Shown: piece by piece, positions 9,466 through 19,087 of the stretch
How the letters are laid out: each line of letters starts with the position of its first letter
Numbering within the stretch: the first letter of the stretch is position 1
Assembly: GCA_964401115.1 (NCBI GenBank)
Contig: CAYNXD010000073.1
Coordinates: forward strand, 1-62,810
Source of the DNA: an uncultured Candidatus Poseidoniales archaeon
Lineage (GTDB): Archaea; Thermoplasmatota; Poseidoniia; Poseidoniales; Thalassarchaeaceae
DNA length: 62,810 nt
Reading direction: 5' to 3'
The notes under the pieces: model-generated
Told to the model about the DNA's origin: nothing
The model's input: the letters and a program-made list of their open reading frames with translations, nothing else
Database searches by the model: none
Position numbers and translations under genes: made by a program

Positions 9466-10638
9466 ATGTTTGGAAGGAGGGGCGTTGCTGTTGCTATCCT
9501 GTCTCTACTAATTTTTCCTCTAGCATCCCCTGTTGCTGCAGAGTGGGAAGAAGATGCTTGGCTGTCAAATATAATTGGGCCTGAGCGTTTAGCACTGGGT
9601 GACGAATTCGGGTGTCACGGCATGCCGGGCTATACCTCATCGGTCAATTATTCAGAAATAATTTCATGTAGAGACTATCTTTCTGATCGAATTAATGCTT
9701 CAAAGTGGGGTTCTGAACCACTTTCATACGGTTTAGATTTGGAACAATATGATAATACAGATTTTTCATCAATTAGCGAAGCAGGTTTCTATTTGATTGA
9801 TTCTTATGAAGAAGAATTGGTAGCAAATCACGATGGCCTATCTGTAATTAATTACAATGGGGGTTCATTAGAGAAAAACATTGGTTCTAAAGAACAATTT
9901 GATAATGCCTTAGCAACCGGTTCAGATTTAGTTAATTTCTATTGGATGGCACGCAATCACGATGCAATTGTCAGACCAGAACCAGAGTTGATTGAATCTA
10001 TAGAGTCATCAACTGCATGGTTCACTACATGGGGTGAGCATTTTTCATACAGAGCAATTTACGGAAATTTTAGCGTAATAAATGATGGATTGGGTTTTTG
10101 GGAAGTTGAGTTCAAAAATGAAAATATTTCAACTTGGATAGTACCAGTAACATCTTCATTCGAATTATTTGGTGTTAATGTAGTATCGATTGAAGATGAA
10201 TTAGGACAATTAAATGAATTGGATTCAAATTCTCCTCATTTAGAAGAGGGATGGAGGCAACAGGGAGAAAAACTATTTTTGACATTGGAGCCAAATAAAC
10301 AAGTTAGGGTCAATTTTGACCGTTCTGAAAAAGTAGATATCGTTCAGGTGCCATGTAATAATTTCAATGGGCATAATTTCTCAATTACAGTTGCTGGCCA
10401 TCACACAAATGACCTATTCGATTGGTCTCGAAGATGGGATGATTCAATAATGAGGTTTACTTGGTTGATTGAGCCAAGAGAACTAGGTGGATTTAGTTGG
10501 TTTTTACCAGCAATCGCAGTTTTTCTTGCATTAGCTGCACCGGCAGCAATAATTTATTTGGTAAAAACAGACCGAAGAGCCCAACAGATGGTTTCAGTTT
10601 TTAATTCACTAGATGGGATCCAATTTGGTGAGGAATAG
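9466..10638 (+). CDS. Secreted protein with N-terminal signal peptide and C-terminal TM anchor, unknown function
   Basis: Hydrophobic N-terminus (VAVAILSLLIFPLASPVAA) and C-terminal TM (FLPAIAVFLALAAPAAIIYLV) followed by KTDRR. Confidence 0.55.
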   Translation: MFGRRGVAVAILSLLIFPLASPVAAEWEEDAWLSNIIGPERLALGDEFGCHGMPGYTSSVNYSEIISCRDYLSDRINASKWGSEPLSYGLDLEQYDNTDFSSISEAGFYLIDSYEEELVANHDGLSVINYNGGSLEKNIGSKEQFDNALATGSDLVNFYWMARNHDAIVRPEPELIESIESSTAWFTTWGEHFSYRAIYGNFSVINDGLGFWEVEFKNENISTWIVPVTSSFELFGVNVVSIEDELGQLNELDSNSPHLEEGWRQQGEKLFLTLEPNKQVRVNFDRSEKVDIVQVPCNNFNGHNFSITVAGHHTNDLFDWSRRWDDSIMRFTWLIEPRELGGFSWFLPAIAVFLALAAPAAIIYLVKTDRRAQQMVSVFNSLDGIQFGEE

Positions 10639-11100
10639 TCAATTATCTATTTCTACTCTGCTTATTATCGAACCAGCATCTTGCAACCTTTTTACAATTT
10701 TATCAACATCCGAGTAGTATTCATCTGGCGATTGAATGCCAATTATTTCACCATTTAGCAATGCTTCACAGCCTACTAGAAAAGGAATTCCAGTTGCTAC
10801 AGCCATTGAAGGCCAAAATCTACCCTTTTGTACATCTATTCCTGGAATGTCAAAAGTCCATATTATCTTTGTTCCGTCCATCTTTTCGATAGTAATATCC
10901 ATGTAAGTAAATTCAATTTTATCTGCAGTATATCTCCATTCTTTCACTAATGATTCCTCGTCTATCACACCATCTTCCCTTAATTTGATAAATTTATCAA
11001 TATGGCCTGGCCACCTTATTGTATATTCTGATAGGGATTTGGAAGTTATTTTTTGATTTTCTAGCAGGCTCCTCAAACCATCGGTGAGAAAAGCCTCCAT
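10639..11100 (-). CDS. Saccharopine dehydrogenase-like, C-terminal half (in frame with 11119..11721 across a TAA)
   Basis: Same reading frame as the upstream ORF, separated only by TAA plus 6 codons. Size fits the C-terminal domain of the family. Confidence 0.5.
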   Translation of the reverse strand: MEAFLTDGLRSLLENQKITSKSLSEYTIRWPGHIDKFIKLREDGVIDEESLVKEWRYTADKIEFTYMDITIEKMDGTKIIWTFDIPGIDVQKGRFWPSMAVATGIPFLVGCEALLNGEIIGIQSPDEYYSDVDKIVKRLQDAGSIISRVEIDN

Positions 11101-11118
11101 TTCTCCATAATTGCCTGC

Positions 11119-11721
11119 TTAGAGAAAGTGTCTTTCAGAAATAGCAGGAACTTCAATTTCGATTCCATTTTTTCTAATTCTAGCAGGTCTAGAATATTCT
11201 TCAATTACATCAGTCGGGGAGAAAGGCGCGAAATAGTTCCATTCATCATCACAGTCGATAGGATTACCCCCGACTCTAATTCTAACAGATTTTAGGGGTT
11301 TCTTTCCGATTTGTTCAGATGCAACCACCATATTCGATAAACCAGGAGCAATTCCACAATCATGTAACATATTAGATCCATTTTTTTTGGCTAATTTAGA
11401 TAACCAATTTGGTGATTTTTCTGAAAATGCGAGGTCGCATACATTATGTCCATTAGAAATCAAATGTTCCCTAATAGAATCTCCAATTCTTCCCGGTAAT
11501 AGGTTCAAAATTAAATCATAATCGTCTATGTCGTTAGAATCTAAGTAACTGAATGCATCAAATTCTAAGATTTCAAATTGTAAATTTCCCCTCACTTCAT
11601 CAATTAATGGCACATTCGAATGAGCTATGGCAACTGCTGTAACTTCATGGCCTTGCTTACCTAGTTGATCACAGATATAAGAGCCAACCAACCCGGCTCC
11701 AAATGAGAATATCCTTGCCAT
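11119..11721 (-). CDS. Saccharopine dehydrogenase-like, N-terminal NAD(P)-binding half
   Basis: Rossmann start IFSFGAGLVGSYI and a CGIAPGLSN block typical of saccharopine/homospermidine-type dehydrogenases. Ends at TAA 11119-11121. Confidence 0.55.
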   Translation of the reverse strand: MARIFSFGAGLVGSYICDQLGKQGHEVTAVAIAHSNVPLIDEVRGNLQFEILEFDAFSYLDSNDIDDYDLILNLLPGRIGDSIREHLISNGHNVCDLAFSEKSPNWLSKLAKKNGSNMLHDCGIAPGLSNMVVASEQIGKKPLKSVRIRVGGNPIDCDDEWNYFAPFSPTDVIEEYSRPARIRKNGIEIEVPAISERHFL

Positions 11722-11833
11722 GTTTGTTTCGGGTGACGGGGAAGTATATTGGGTTTAAACAATCAGCATCTTGTGCTATTTACAGCCGTAGCATTCATGC
11801 GATGCATGCATACGAGAGCGATTAGGGGAGAAT

Positions 11834-13216
11834 ATGGGGGACGGAATTTCGATTGACCCATGGTCTTCAAATCAGTCTACTGATTATGATAGAATAATAG
11901 AGCAATTTGGTTTGGAATCGATAGATTATTCGTTATTACCAAATCCACATATGTTACATCGTAGAGGGATTATATTTGCACATAGAGACCTAAATCTAGT
12001 TCTAGGTGCGCATTCAAGTAACAAGCCATTCGGTGTTTTGACAGGATTGATGCCTTCTGGTAAAATGCATCTCGGCCATAAGATGGTAATTGATCAGGTC
12101 AAGTGGTTCCAAGAGCAGGGTGCGGACGTGACTATCGCTGTTGCCGATTTAGAGGCTTTAGCTACTCGTGGAGTTTCATTAAAAGAATGCCGAAGGATAG
12201 CTCTTGAGGAATACATTTCAAATTATGCGGCCCTAGGTTTAGATGTCGAAAAAACTGAGGTTTATTTCCAATCTTCAAGACCAGTTGTTCAAAGATTAGG
12301 TTTCATGCTTGGTAAAAGAACAAACCTATCGGAATTAGAAGCAATCTATGGGTTCGGTGGGGATACAAACCTTGGGCATGTTCAAGCCCCACTAGTTCAA
12401 GCGGGAGACATTATTCATCCACAATTGGATGATTTCGGAGGCCTAAGGCCAATAGTTGTGCCAGTGGGGGTGGATCAGGATCCACACCTTCGCCTTACTA
12501 GGGGAATTGCCTCCAAAACAAATTGGTTCAATGTCAATAAAAGAAAGGCTGGAGGGCTAGTAATTGGCCTCTCCATACAAGAAGACAATTCAGCAGCACT
12601 AGGAATTGGTATTGATGGAAGGATTGACAGAGGACGAAGGAATTCCGTTTTTGATAAATTATCTTCAATTCTTAAAAATCATGGATTCAGCGATATTCTA
12701 CCGAATCCCAAACATGGTTCAATAGAAATTCCTGGGGCAACACTACATGATAGGGATTTAATTCGTCCCGATTTACTCAAATTAGAAAGGGAAATGGGGG
12801 GTCTTGGACTACTACAACCATCTAGCACATATCATCAATTTGCAATGGGTATGACTGGCGACAAAATGTCTAGTTCAAACCCAGATACTACAATATTCTT
12901 AACTGAAGATATTGAGTCAATGGAGAGGAAAGTCAAGTCATCATTCTCTGGCGGCCAACCTACTCTAGAAGAGCATCGCAGATTAGGCGGCAATCCGGAT
13001 ATTGATGTTGCTTTCCAATATCTAAAATATTTCTTTGAGTCGGATGATTCTGCACTTTTAGAATTAGAAAAAGGGTATAGGAGTGGGGAAATACTTACTG
13101 GTCAAATGAAGAAAATTTGTATTGAAAAGGCATCTGAGCACCTCAATAAAATTAACGAAATGAGGTCACAGAATGCTCATCTCGTGGCGGATTTTCTAGC
13201 AAAAGATTCAAGATGA
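11834..13216 (+). CDS. trpS: Tryptophan--tRNA ligase (class Ic) with a ~100-aa insertion
   Basis: PSGKMHLGH (HIGH), VPVGVDQDPHLRLTRGIA and KMSSS. The YP.LQAADI-like block (APLVQAGDII) favours TrpRS over TyrRS. Confidence 0.72.
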   Translation: MGDGISIDPWSSNQSTDYDRIIEQFGLESIDYSLLPNPHMLHRRGIIFAHRDLNLVLGAHSSNKPFGVLTGLMPSGKMHLGHKMVIDQVKWFQEQGADVTIAVADLEALATRGVSLKECRRIALEEYISNYAALGLDVEKTEVYFQSSRPVVQRLGFMLGKRTNLSELEAIYGFGGDTNLGHVQAPLVQAGDIIHPQLDDFGGLRPIVVPVGVDQDPHLRLTRGIASKTNWFNVNKRKAGGLVIGLSIQEDNSAALGIGIDGRIDRGRRNSVFDKLSSILKNHGFSDILPNPKHGSIEIPGATLHDRDLIRPDLLKLEREMGGLGLLQPSSTYHQFAMGMTGDKMSSSNPDTTIFLTEDIESMERKVKSSFSGGQPTLEEHRRLGGNPDIDVAFQYLKYFFESDDSALLELEKGYRSGEILTGQMKKICIEKASEHLNKINEMRSQNAHLVADFLAKDSR

Positions 13217-13222
13217 TATTAA

Positions 13223-13858
13223 TCATTTATTATTTTCTAAATCATCTGAAGACATGATTAAGGATTTTGGCCCAGGGTCTAAATTACTAATTTCTTCATT
13301 ACTCAATTCTCTTTTTATTGCATCCTCATGAGCTATTATACTGTGCCCCTTGGGGTCTAGAATCTCCAAAGAAAGGTCACCAAATAATTCACCATTTTTT
13401 AGTGCAATTAAAGCAATTTCCAGTTGCATAAGCAATTCCAATCTAATTTGTGCATCTTCAGCATTATCATCCGAATCAATATCTGAAACTAATTGCCTCA
13501 TCATCATTCGTACAATATCTATGAATCTAATGATAACGCCTTCAATATTTGTTACATATCCAGTGGCTTGATTTCCCGGCGATGCCTCAAGATCTAATTC
13601 TGGTATTCTTAGGGTACCTGAAGGGCCCCTGACTACCCGGGCATTTAAGTGCTCTAATTTTTCTATAGAAAGAGTGTATGAGAGCGCTCCTCTTTCATCT
13701 GATGGTATAAAATCAGTCTGCCTCATCCCACAACTTTTACAACTAATTGTGATTTGTGTATGTTCTCCAAAATAAGGAATTTCAGAAGATAATGATAGCA
13801 TTTTAAGGGAGCCATTTTCATTACAAGATGGACAAGGTAAATCTAAATCGCTTTCCAT
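13223..13858 (-). CDS. ZPR1-type zinc-finger protein
   Basis: CPSC ... IPYFGE ... CKSCG, the ZPR1 zinc-ribbon arrangement, followed by the ZPR1 beta-rich domain. Confidence 0.8.
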   Translation of the reverse strand: MESDLDLPCPSCNENGSLKMLSLSSEIPYFGEHTQITISCKSCGMRQTDFIPSDERGALSYTLSIEKLEHLNARVVRGPSGTLRIPELDLEASPGNQATGYVTNIEGVIIRFIDIVRMMMRQLVSDIDSDDNAEDAQIRLELLMQLEIALIALKNGELFGDLSLEILDPKGHSIIAHEDAIKRELSNEEISNLDPGPKSLIMSSDDLENNK

Positions 13859-13867
13859 AATCGTACC

Positions 13868-14314
13868 TCAAGAGTGGTCCTCAAATGATTCTTTTTCAAG
13901 TCCAGCGATTCCAGAAACACCCGGAGGTAATAGCAACAAGCGATCTTCACCAAGTTGAACCAAAGAACCCCCCATATCTCCAACAATAAAATTTGATATA
14001 CGTTCTATTGCAGTTTCAAATTCAAATCCCCTATCGAGAATATTACCGAGTTCAACTATTGCAATTTCTCCATCTGATGCCCAGTTTAGTAGCATGTCTA
14101 GGCCTGTGACGTCGTGTAGAACTGCTCTTCTGATTATTAATTCACTATCAGATCTACTGACTGGGGCATCAGGGTATAGCGATCCTAGGTCATGGTACAA
14201 TTGCCCAGGTTCAGGCCTTGGCATTTCATCGTCATCAATACTTGGGATATCAATCCAGCGAGGCCCCTTAACTTCATCAGTACTCATCTTCTTTATGGCG
14301 GCAGTGATGAACAC
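13868..14314 (-). CDS. sepF: Cell division protein SepF-like
   Basis: C-terminal block GEIAIVELGNI ... GDMGGSLVQLGEDRLLLLPPGV matches the SepF/DUF552 pattern. Short hydrophobic N-terminal helix. Confidence 0.6.
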   Translation of the reverse strand: MFITAAIKKMSTDEVKGPRWIDIPSIDDDEMPRPEPGQLYHDLGSLYPDAPVSRSDSELIIRRAVLHDVTGLDMLLNWASDGEIAIVELGNILDRGFEFETAIERISNFIVGDMGGSLVQLGEDRLLLLPPGVSGIAGLEKESFEDHS

Positions 14315-14475
14315 AATTAACCAATTGCCTTGTTTTGTGATTGAAAAATCGATTTAGACTATTTTTTCATTTTCCATTTTCGTCGGGTTCATAAGGGATT
14401 GGCATTTCGAAAGTTCAGCCGAAGCGGGTTCTGCTTTGTGCGAATGTTCAAAGACGTCGAACCGGAGGGTGTGTT

Positions 14476-15102
14476 ATGAGTGCAGAGATGGAAGCGATGA
14501 AGACTGGGACTAGCACCCTTGGCATTTGTTTTGATGGTGGGGTAGTTGTAGGTGCGGATCACAGGGCAACTATGGGCCATTTTGTAGCAAACAAGAATGT
14601 CCAAAAATTATTCTCAATAGCAGATAACATAGCCTTGACTACAGCTGGTTTGGTAGGGCATGCTCAAGTACTTTCTAGAGTTTTAGCGGCTGAAATTGCG
14701 ATTTACGAGATGAAGCGCGGTGGCCAAATGAAAGTTGAAGCCGCAGCTACATTAACAGCTAATATTCTCGGAGGCAGACCTTATTGGGTTCAGTTGCTAA
14801 TTGCTGGAGTCGATCAAGAGGGTGGTCATGTCTATTCTATCGATTCAGCGGGTGGCTCAATTGCTGACACTTATTGCGCTACTGGTTCAGGTTCCCCGTA
14901 CATGTACGGTGTATTGGAAGATCAGTACAAGGATGGTATGAATGAAAAACAGGCACTTCAAGTTGCAGCTAAGGCATTATCAGCATCTGCTCAGAGAGAT
15001 GCTGCTTCTGGAAATGGAATGGATTTGTGCGTGATTACAAGAGATGAAGGCTTCAAACTTCTAACTGATTCAGAAGTTCAAAAACTATTGAACTCCCTTT
15101 GA
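14476..15102 (+). CDS. psmB: Proteasome subunit beta
   Basis: Propeptide then TSTLGICFDGGVVVGADHRAT. GGAGGGTG lies upstream of the ATG. Confidence 0.92.
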   Translation: MSAEMEAMKTGTSTLGICFDGGVVVGADHRATMGHFVANKNVQKLFSIADNIALTTAGLVGHAQVLSRVLAAEIAIYEMKRGGQMKVEAAATLTANILGGRPYWVQLLIAGVDQEGGHVYSIDSAGGSIADTYCATGSGSPYMYGVLEDQYKDGMNEKQALQVAAKALSASAQRDAASGNGMDLCVITRDEGFKLLTDSEVQKLLNSL

Positions 15103-15193
15103 AAATAATATTCCCGGCAGATAAACTGCCATTTGCCCTCTTTTTATGGAGGCAGGTAACTGCGGGATGTCAAATAGAATATGAGGTGTCGAA

Positions 15194-17095
15194 ATGAGGC
15201 TAACCTTCAAAGAAATAAAAGATAAGATAAGCAAAATGATTCCATCTGGAGTTGATTTTGAAATTGATTTAGAGGCGGCTAGTATTGCTATAATTACCAA
15301 GAATCCTGAAGAATTTACTAATGCGCTAGTTGGAGATATGGCAAAGACTGTTAAGAGGAGAATAATTATCAGGCCGGATGAATCTATTTTAATGGATGAA
15401 GTTGAAGCTAGAGAAATAATTAATGAAACAATTCCTTCAGAATCATTGATCCTTAATGTTTGGTTTGATAGGGCAATAGGTGAATGTACAATTGAGTGTA
15501 AAGATCCAGCAATAGGTGTTGGGAAAAGAGGAGTAAATCTAAAGGAAGTGAGGGATAAAATTGGTTGGCAAGTCAAGATAATTAGGGCATCAAGAATGGA
15601 TAGTTCTACTGCTATTGATATTCGTCGTTATAGGATTTCAAACGCCGACGTTAGGAAAAAATCACTCAGGAGATTTGGTACGAATATTTACCGCCCAAAG
15701 AGGCCAGGGTCTCCTTGGGTTAGGCTCACAGCACTGGGCTCTTATGGTGAAGTTGGCAGGGCTATGCATCTCATAACAACTAATGAGAGTAGAGTTGTCA
15801 TTGATTGTGGGGCTAAGCCAGGAAAAGAAGACGAAGCCATGCCCTATTTTTCAGCCCCTGAATTATTACCTCCGGAAAAAATTGATGCTGTTGTAATTAC
15901 TCATGCACATTTGGATCATATTGGGATGCTACCGGTTTTATTCAAGTTTGGATATCGGGGACCAGTATACTGCACGCCCCCAACAAGAGATTTGATGGTA
16001 CTATTACAACTAGATTATATCAAGGTCTCACAATCTGAAGGGAGGAGGCCACCCTATACTCTTGAGGATGTTCAAGAGATGATGTTACATGTTGTTGATG
16101 TAGAGTGGAATCAGACAACTGATATTGCTCCTGACATTAAGATGACTCTCTACAATGCAGGACACATTCTTGGCTCATCATCTGCACATATGCACATTGG
16201 AGATGGATTACATAATGTTGTATTTAGTGGAGATATTAAGTATGAAAAATCATGGCTTTTCGATGCAGCAAATGTTAGATTCCCTAGGGTAGAAACTCTA
16301 GTAATGGAGTCAACTTATGGGGGGAATAAATCTTTCCAACCATCCCGTCTAGAAGCGACTCAAGAACTACACGATATGATAAAAAGGGTACTTTCAAGGG
16401 GGGGTAAGATATTTTGCCCCGTATTTGCAATTGGTAGGAGTCAGGAGTTAATGATAGCAATAGATCAATTGTTTAATTCAGGGGAGTGCGAACCTGTTAC
16501 AGTTTGGTTAGATGGAATGATCCAAGAGGCAACAGCAATTCATTCAATTCATCCGGAGTATCTGAATCAAGATTTAAGACAGTCAATATTGAAGGACGAT
16601 GAAACAAATCCATTTTCATCCAAATGGTTTAGAAAAGTCGAAAGTAGAGAACAGAGAGAATCAATTTTATTGAATCCTGGTTCTTGTATAGTTCTTGCAA
16701 CTAGTGGTATGATGTCTGGTGGTCCAATAATTGATTATTTCAAGCACTGGGCTGGTGATAGTCTAAACACTCTGTGCTTTGTAGGTTATCAATCTGAAGG
16801 AACTCTAGGAAGAAGACTAAGGGATGGATTCAAAGATGTGCCAATTTCTGATGGTGGGCGTGGAACTGAAATGGTTCGGGTAGAATGTGATATGGTGATT
16901 ATAGATGGTATGAGTGGCCATTCTGATAGGAGACAATTGATGGAATATGTAAATCAGATGAATCCTAAACCCAAGTTTATCGTTCTACATCACGGGGATC
17001 GGAAGATGTCAAGCCAGTTTAGGCAAGCATTGCGTGAGACATATAGGGTCAGAACAGTTTCACCTTCAAACCTAGAAACTGTAAGGCTGGCATAA
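15194..17095 (+). CDS. fttA: aCPSF1 / FttA beta-CASP ribonuclease (two KH domains + metallo-beta-lactamase + beta-CASP)
   Basis: N-terminal KH-like region, HAHLDHIG motif and beta-CASP C-terminus; 633 aa, typical for aCPSF1. Confidence 0.92.
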   Translation: MRLTFKEIKDKISKMIPSGVDFEIDLEAASIAIITKNPEEFTNALVGDMAKTVKRRIIIRPDESILMDEVEAREIINETIPSESLILNVWFDRAIGECTIECKDPAIGVGKRGVNLKEVRDKIGWQVKIIRASRMDSSTAIDIRRYRISNADVRKKSLRRFGTNIYRPKRPGSPWVRLTALGSYGEVGRAMHLITTNESRVVIDCGAKPGKEDEAMPYFSAPELLPPEKIDAVVITHAHLDHIGMLPVLFKFGYRGPVYCTPPTRDLMVLLQLDYIKVSQSEGRRPPYTLEDVQEMMLHVVDVEWNQTTDIAPDIKMTLYNAGHILGSSSAHMHIGDGLHNVVFSGDIKYEKSWLFDAANVRFPRVETLVMESTYGGNKSFQPSRLEATQELHDMIKRVLSRGGKIFCPVFAIGRSQELMIAIDQLFNSGECEPVTVWLDGMIQEATAIHSIHPEYLNQDLRQSILKDDETNPFSSKWFRKVESREQRESILLNPGSCIVLATSGMMSGGPIIDYFKHWAGDSLNTLCFVGYQSEGTLGRRLRDGFKDVPISDGGRGTEMVRVECDMVIIDGMSGHSDRRQLMEYVNQMNPKPKFIVLHHGDRKMSSQFRQALRETYRVRTVSPSNLETVRLA

Positions 17096-17941
17096 TTACT
17101 GGAATTCTAGTTGAACCTTGTCTATCTGTTTCCCCATGATATAGAGGACTAGGCCGGAAACTAGAGATAAAACACCTATGAATGTCACTGCGAAAGCAGC
17201 CATTGCAACTCCGATACTGACTGTATCATGTGGGCCCCCTATGTCAATTAATGCCTCTGCCATCTGATACCCTACTGTGAAGAAAATTATCCCAGGTATT
17301 CCTAGAACAATTAACGGGTGCTTTGATTCTAACATCCAATAAAATAGTTGAGCGGACCTAGATGCAGTGGTCAGTGACTCTCTTTCATGGCTAGAGGGGG
17401 GTGGGTCTAATTCGATAATTCTGACAGCCAAATCTCTAGGAAGATCTGCTGGTCTTTCGCTAATATCTGCTTTAGATAGAGCTATCAAACCGTCAGGGGT
17501 GAATGCACAAACAGAAATGGCGGCATTTTCATATGAATAAGATGCAATAGTGATTGCTTTCTCATCACTTGGAATTTCTTCAGTTCTATGATTTGCAGAA
17601 CGATGTTTGAAGGCGATGTAAATATCGTGCCTACTTCTCGATAGAGCAATATGCATTGGCAGATCCTTTAATTTCCAATGCTTGTCTAGCCCTATTGCGA
17701 TCGTATTCGGTGATTCTTCTAAGTTTAGGTTAACCAAAGTTCTAGCTAAGTCTGGTGCATGAGGGGTCCCTTCATGAACAACAAAAATACCTCCTGCGTT
17801 TTCTACTAATTTTCGTTGCTCTTCATCATCCTCCAAGGCTATCACTATTACTTCGTCTGCGAAGTCTGTCCCTCTGCTAACTGCTGAACCTAGACGTAGA
17901 GATTGATTGCGAGCAACGAATACCAATCGCATCCTAATCAA
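17096..17941 (-). CDS. Membrane protein with a degenerate GT-A-like N-domain and two C-terminal TMs; function unknown
   Basis: The C-terminal TM pair resembles those of DPM1-like GT2 enzymes (compare 35296..36246). I did not see a clear DxD motif in the N-domain. Confidence 0.4.
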   Translation of the reverse strand: MIRMRLVFVARNQSLRLGSAVSRGTDFADEVIVIALEDDEEQRKLVENAGGIFVVHEGTPHAPDLARTLVNLNLEESPNTIAIGLDKHWKLKDLPMHIALSRSRHDIYIAFKHRSANHRTEEIPSDEKAITIASYSYENAAISVCAFTPDGLIALSKADISERPADLPRDLAVRIIELDPPPSSHERESLTTASRSAQLFYWMLESKHPLIVLGIPGIIFFTVGYQMAEALIDIGGPHDTVSIGVAMAAFAVTFIGVLSLVSGLVLYIMGKQIDKVQLEFQ

Positions 17942-18034
17942 CCCGTCCCGGAACTCATACAGCGTTAATGATTCGGTCCGTGAGGTGAATATTGTTGGAA
18001 CTTATTGAAAGACTGTGTTGGCCACGGCAATTTC

Positions 18035-18967
18035 ATGAGGTCGGGTCGGAGAGTCGCTGTAGTCATGCCTGCTCGTAATGAGGAGCAACTAATTGAAGCA
18101 GCGATTTACTCAGTTCCAAAGTGGGTTGATTTACTAGTCGTAATTGATGACGGTTCTCGAGATAATACTTACTCATTGGCTAAATCTGCTCTAACTGAAA
18201 ATGGCTTAATCGTTAGGACACAAGGTCTTGGTGTAGGTGGTGCTATTGCTAGGGGTTACGAAGAAATAATTTCTATGATTGATGATAATTCAATACCCTC
18301 TGGCGATTGGGCGGCAGTAGTGATGGCCGGTGATGGACAAATGGATCCAGTTGATATCGAACCATTATTGGAACCTTTGTCTAGAGTCCCATTTGTAAAA
18401 GGTAATAGGTGGGCTCATCAAGATGGTTTGGGTAACATGCCTAAAAATCGCAGAATAGGTTCTTGGCTTCTTAGTAAATTAACTACAGTTGCATCAGGAA
18501 GGAAGGTTAGCGACCCTCAATGCGGATATACTGCAGTTTCTATTGACGAATTGAGGAAATGGGATTGGGTTTCAAATTGGGAAGGATATGGGTACCCAAA
18601 CTGGTGGTTACTAAATATTGGAAAGCATTCCATCCCGTTCGAATCAGTCCCTGTTCGATCAGTCTATAGAAATGAAAAATCAGGAATCAAGGTTCCATTA
18701 TTCCTGACTAAGATTTCTATATTACTTTTCTCAGGACTTTGGAAAAGGGGTTGGGATTGGTATGTTTGCGGCGAGGGTAAGACGCCAATAGCAAGCCGTT
18801 TGGCAGTTTCAACCACTTGGTTTTCTTCCTTACTAATTTTGTTGTTAATCCCAGCAATAGCATTACTAAAACCAGATTTGATGTGGATATTTTTCTCCTT
18901 GATTGGATTTCTATTATTGACATATTATATTGATCAATCGGAAGTCCAAAGGCGCCTCAAATTATGA
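18035..18967 (+). CDS. Family 2 glycosyltransferase with C-terminal TM segments
   Basis: VAVVMPARNEE ... LLVVIDDGSRDNT (GT2 signature). ATG 18035 lies inside track ORF 18005..18967. Confidence 0.8.
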   Translation: MRSGRRVAVVMPARNEEQLIEAAIYSVPKWVDLLVVIDDGSRDNTYSLAKSALTENGLIVRTQGLGVGGAIARGYEEIISMIDDNSIPSGDWAAVVMAGDGQMDPVDIEPLLEPLSRVPFVKGNRWAHQDGLGNMPKNRRIGSWLLSKLTTVASGRKVSDPQCGYTAVSIDELRKWDWVSNWEGYGYPNWWLLNIGKHSIPFESVPVRSVYRNEKSGIKVPLFLTKISILLFSGLWKRGWDWYVCGEGKTPIASRLAVSTTWFSSLLILLLIPAIALLKPDLMWIFFSLIGFLLLTYYIDQSEVQRRLKL

Positions 18968-18974
18968 TTAAGAG

Positions 18975-19049
18975 TGGGCCCGTCCGGATTTGAACCGGAG
19001 TCTAAGCGTCCCAAACGCCCAAGCATAGGCCAGGCTAACCCACGGGCCC
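18975..19049 (-). tRNA. tRNA-Pro: tRNA-Pro (anticodon UGG)
   Basis: The reverse complement folds as a cloverleaf. Acceptor GGGCCCG/CGGGCCC, anticodon loop UU-UGG-GA, T-arm CCGGTTCAAATCCGG. No encoded CCA. Confidence 0.9.
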
Positions 19050-19087
19050 CAACATCGGTTCCAACTGACCATCTTTCAAGAACCTGT

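Noticed and set aside
11119-11121. Programmed recoding (selenocysteine/pyrrolysine) at the in-frame stop
   Set aside because: The codon is TAA, not TGA or TAG, and I saw no downstream SECIS- or PYLIS-like hairpin. It is kept as a pseudogene, split gene or sequencing-error question instead.
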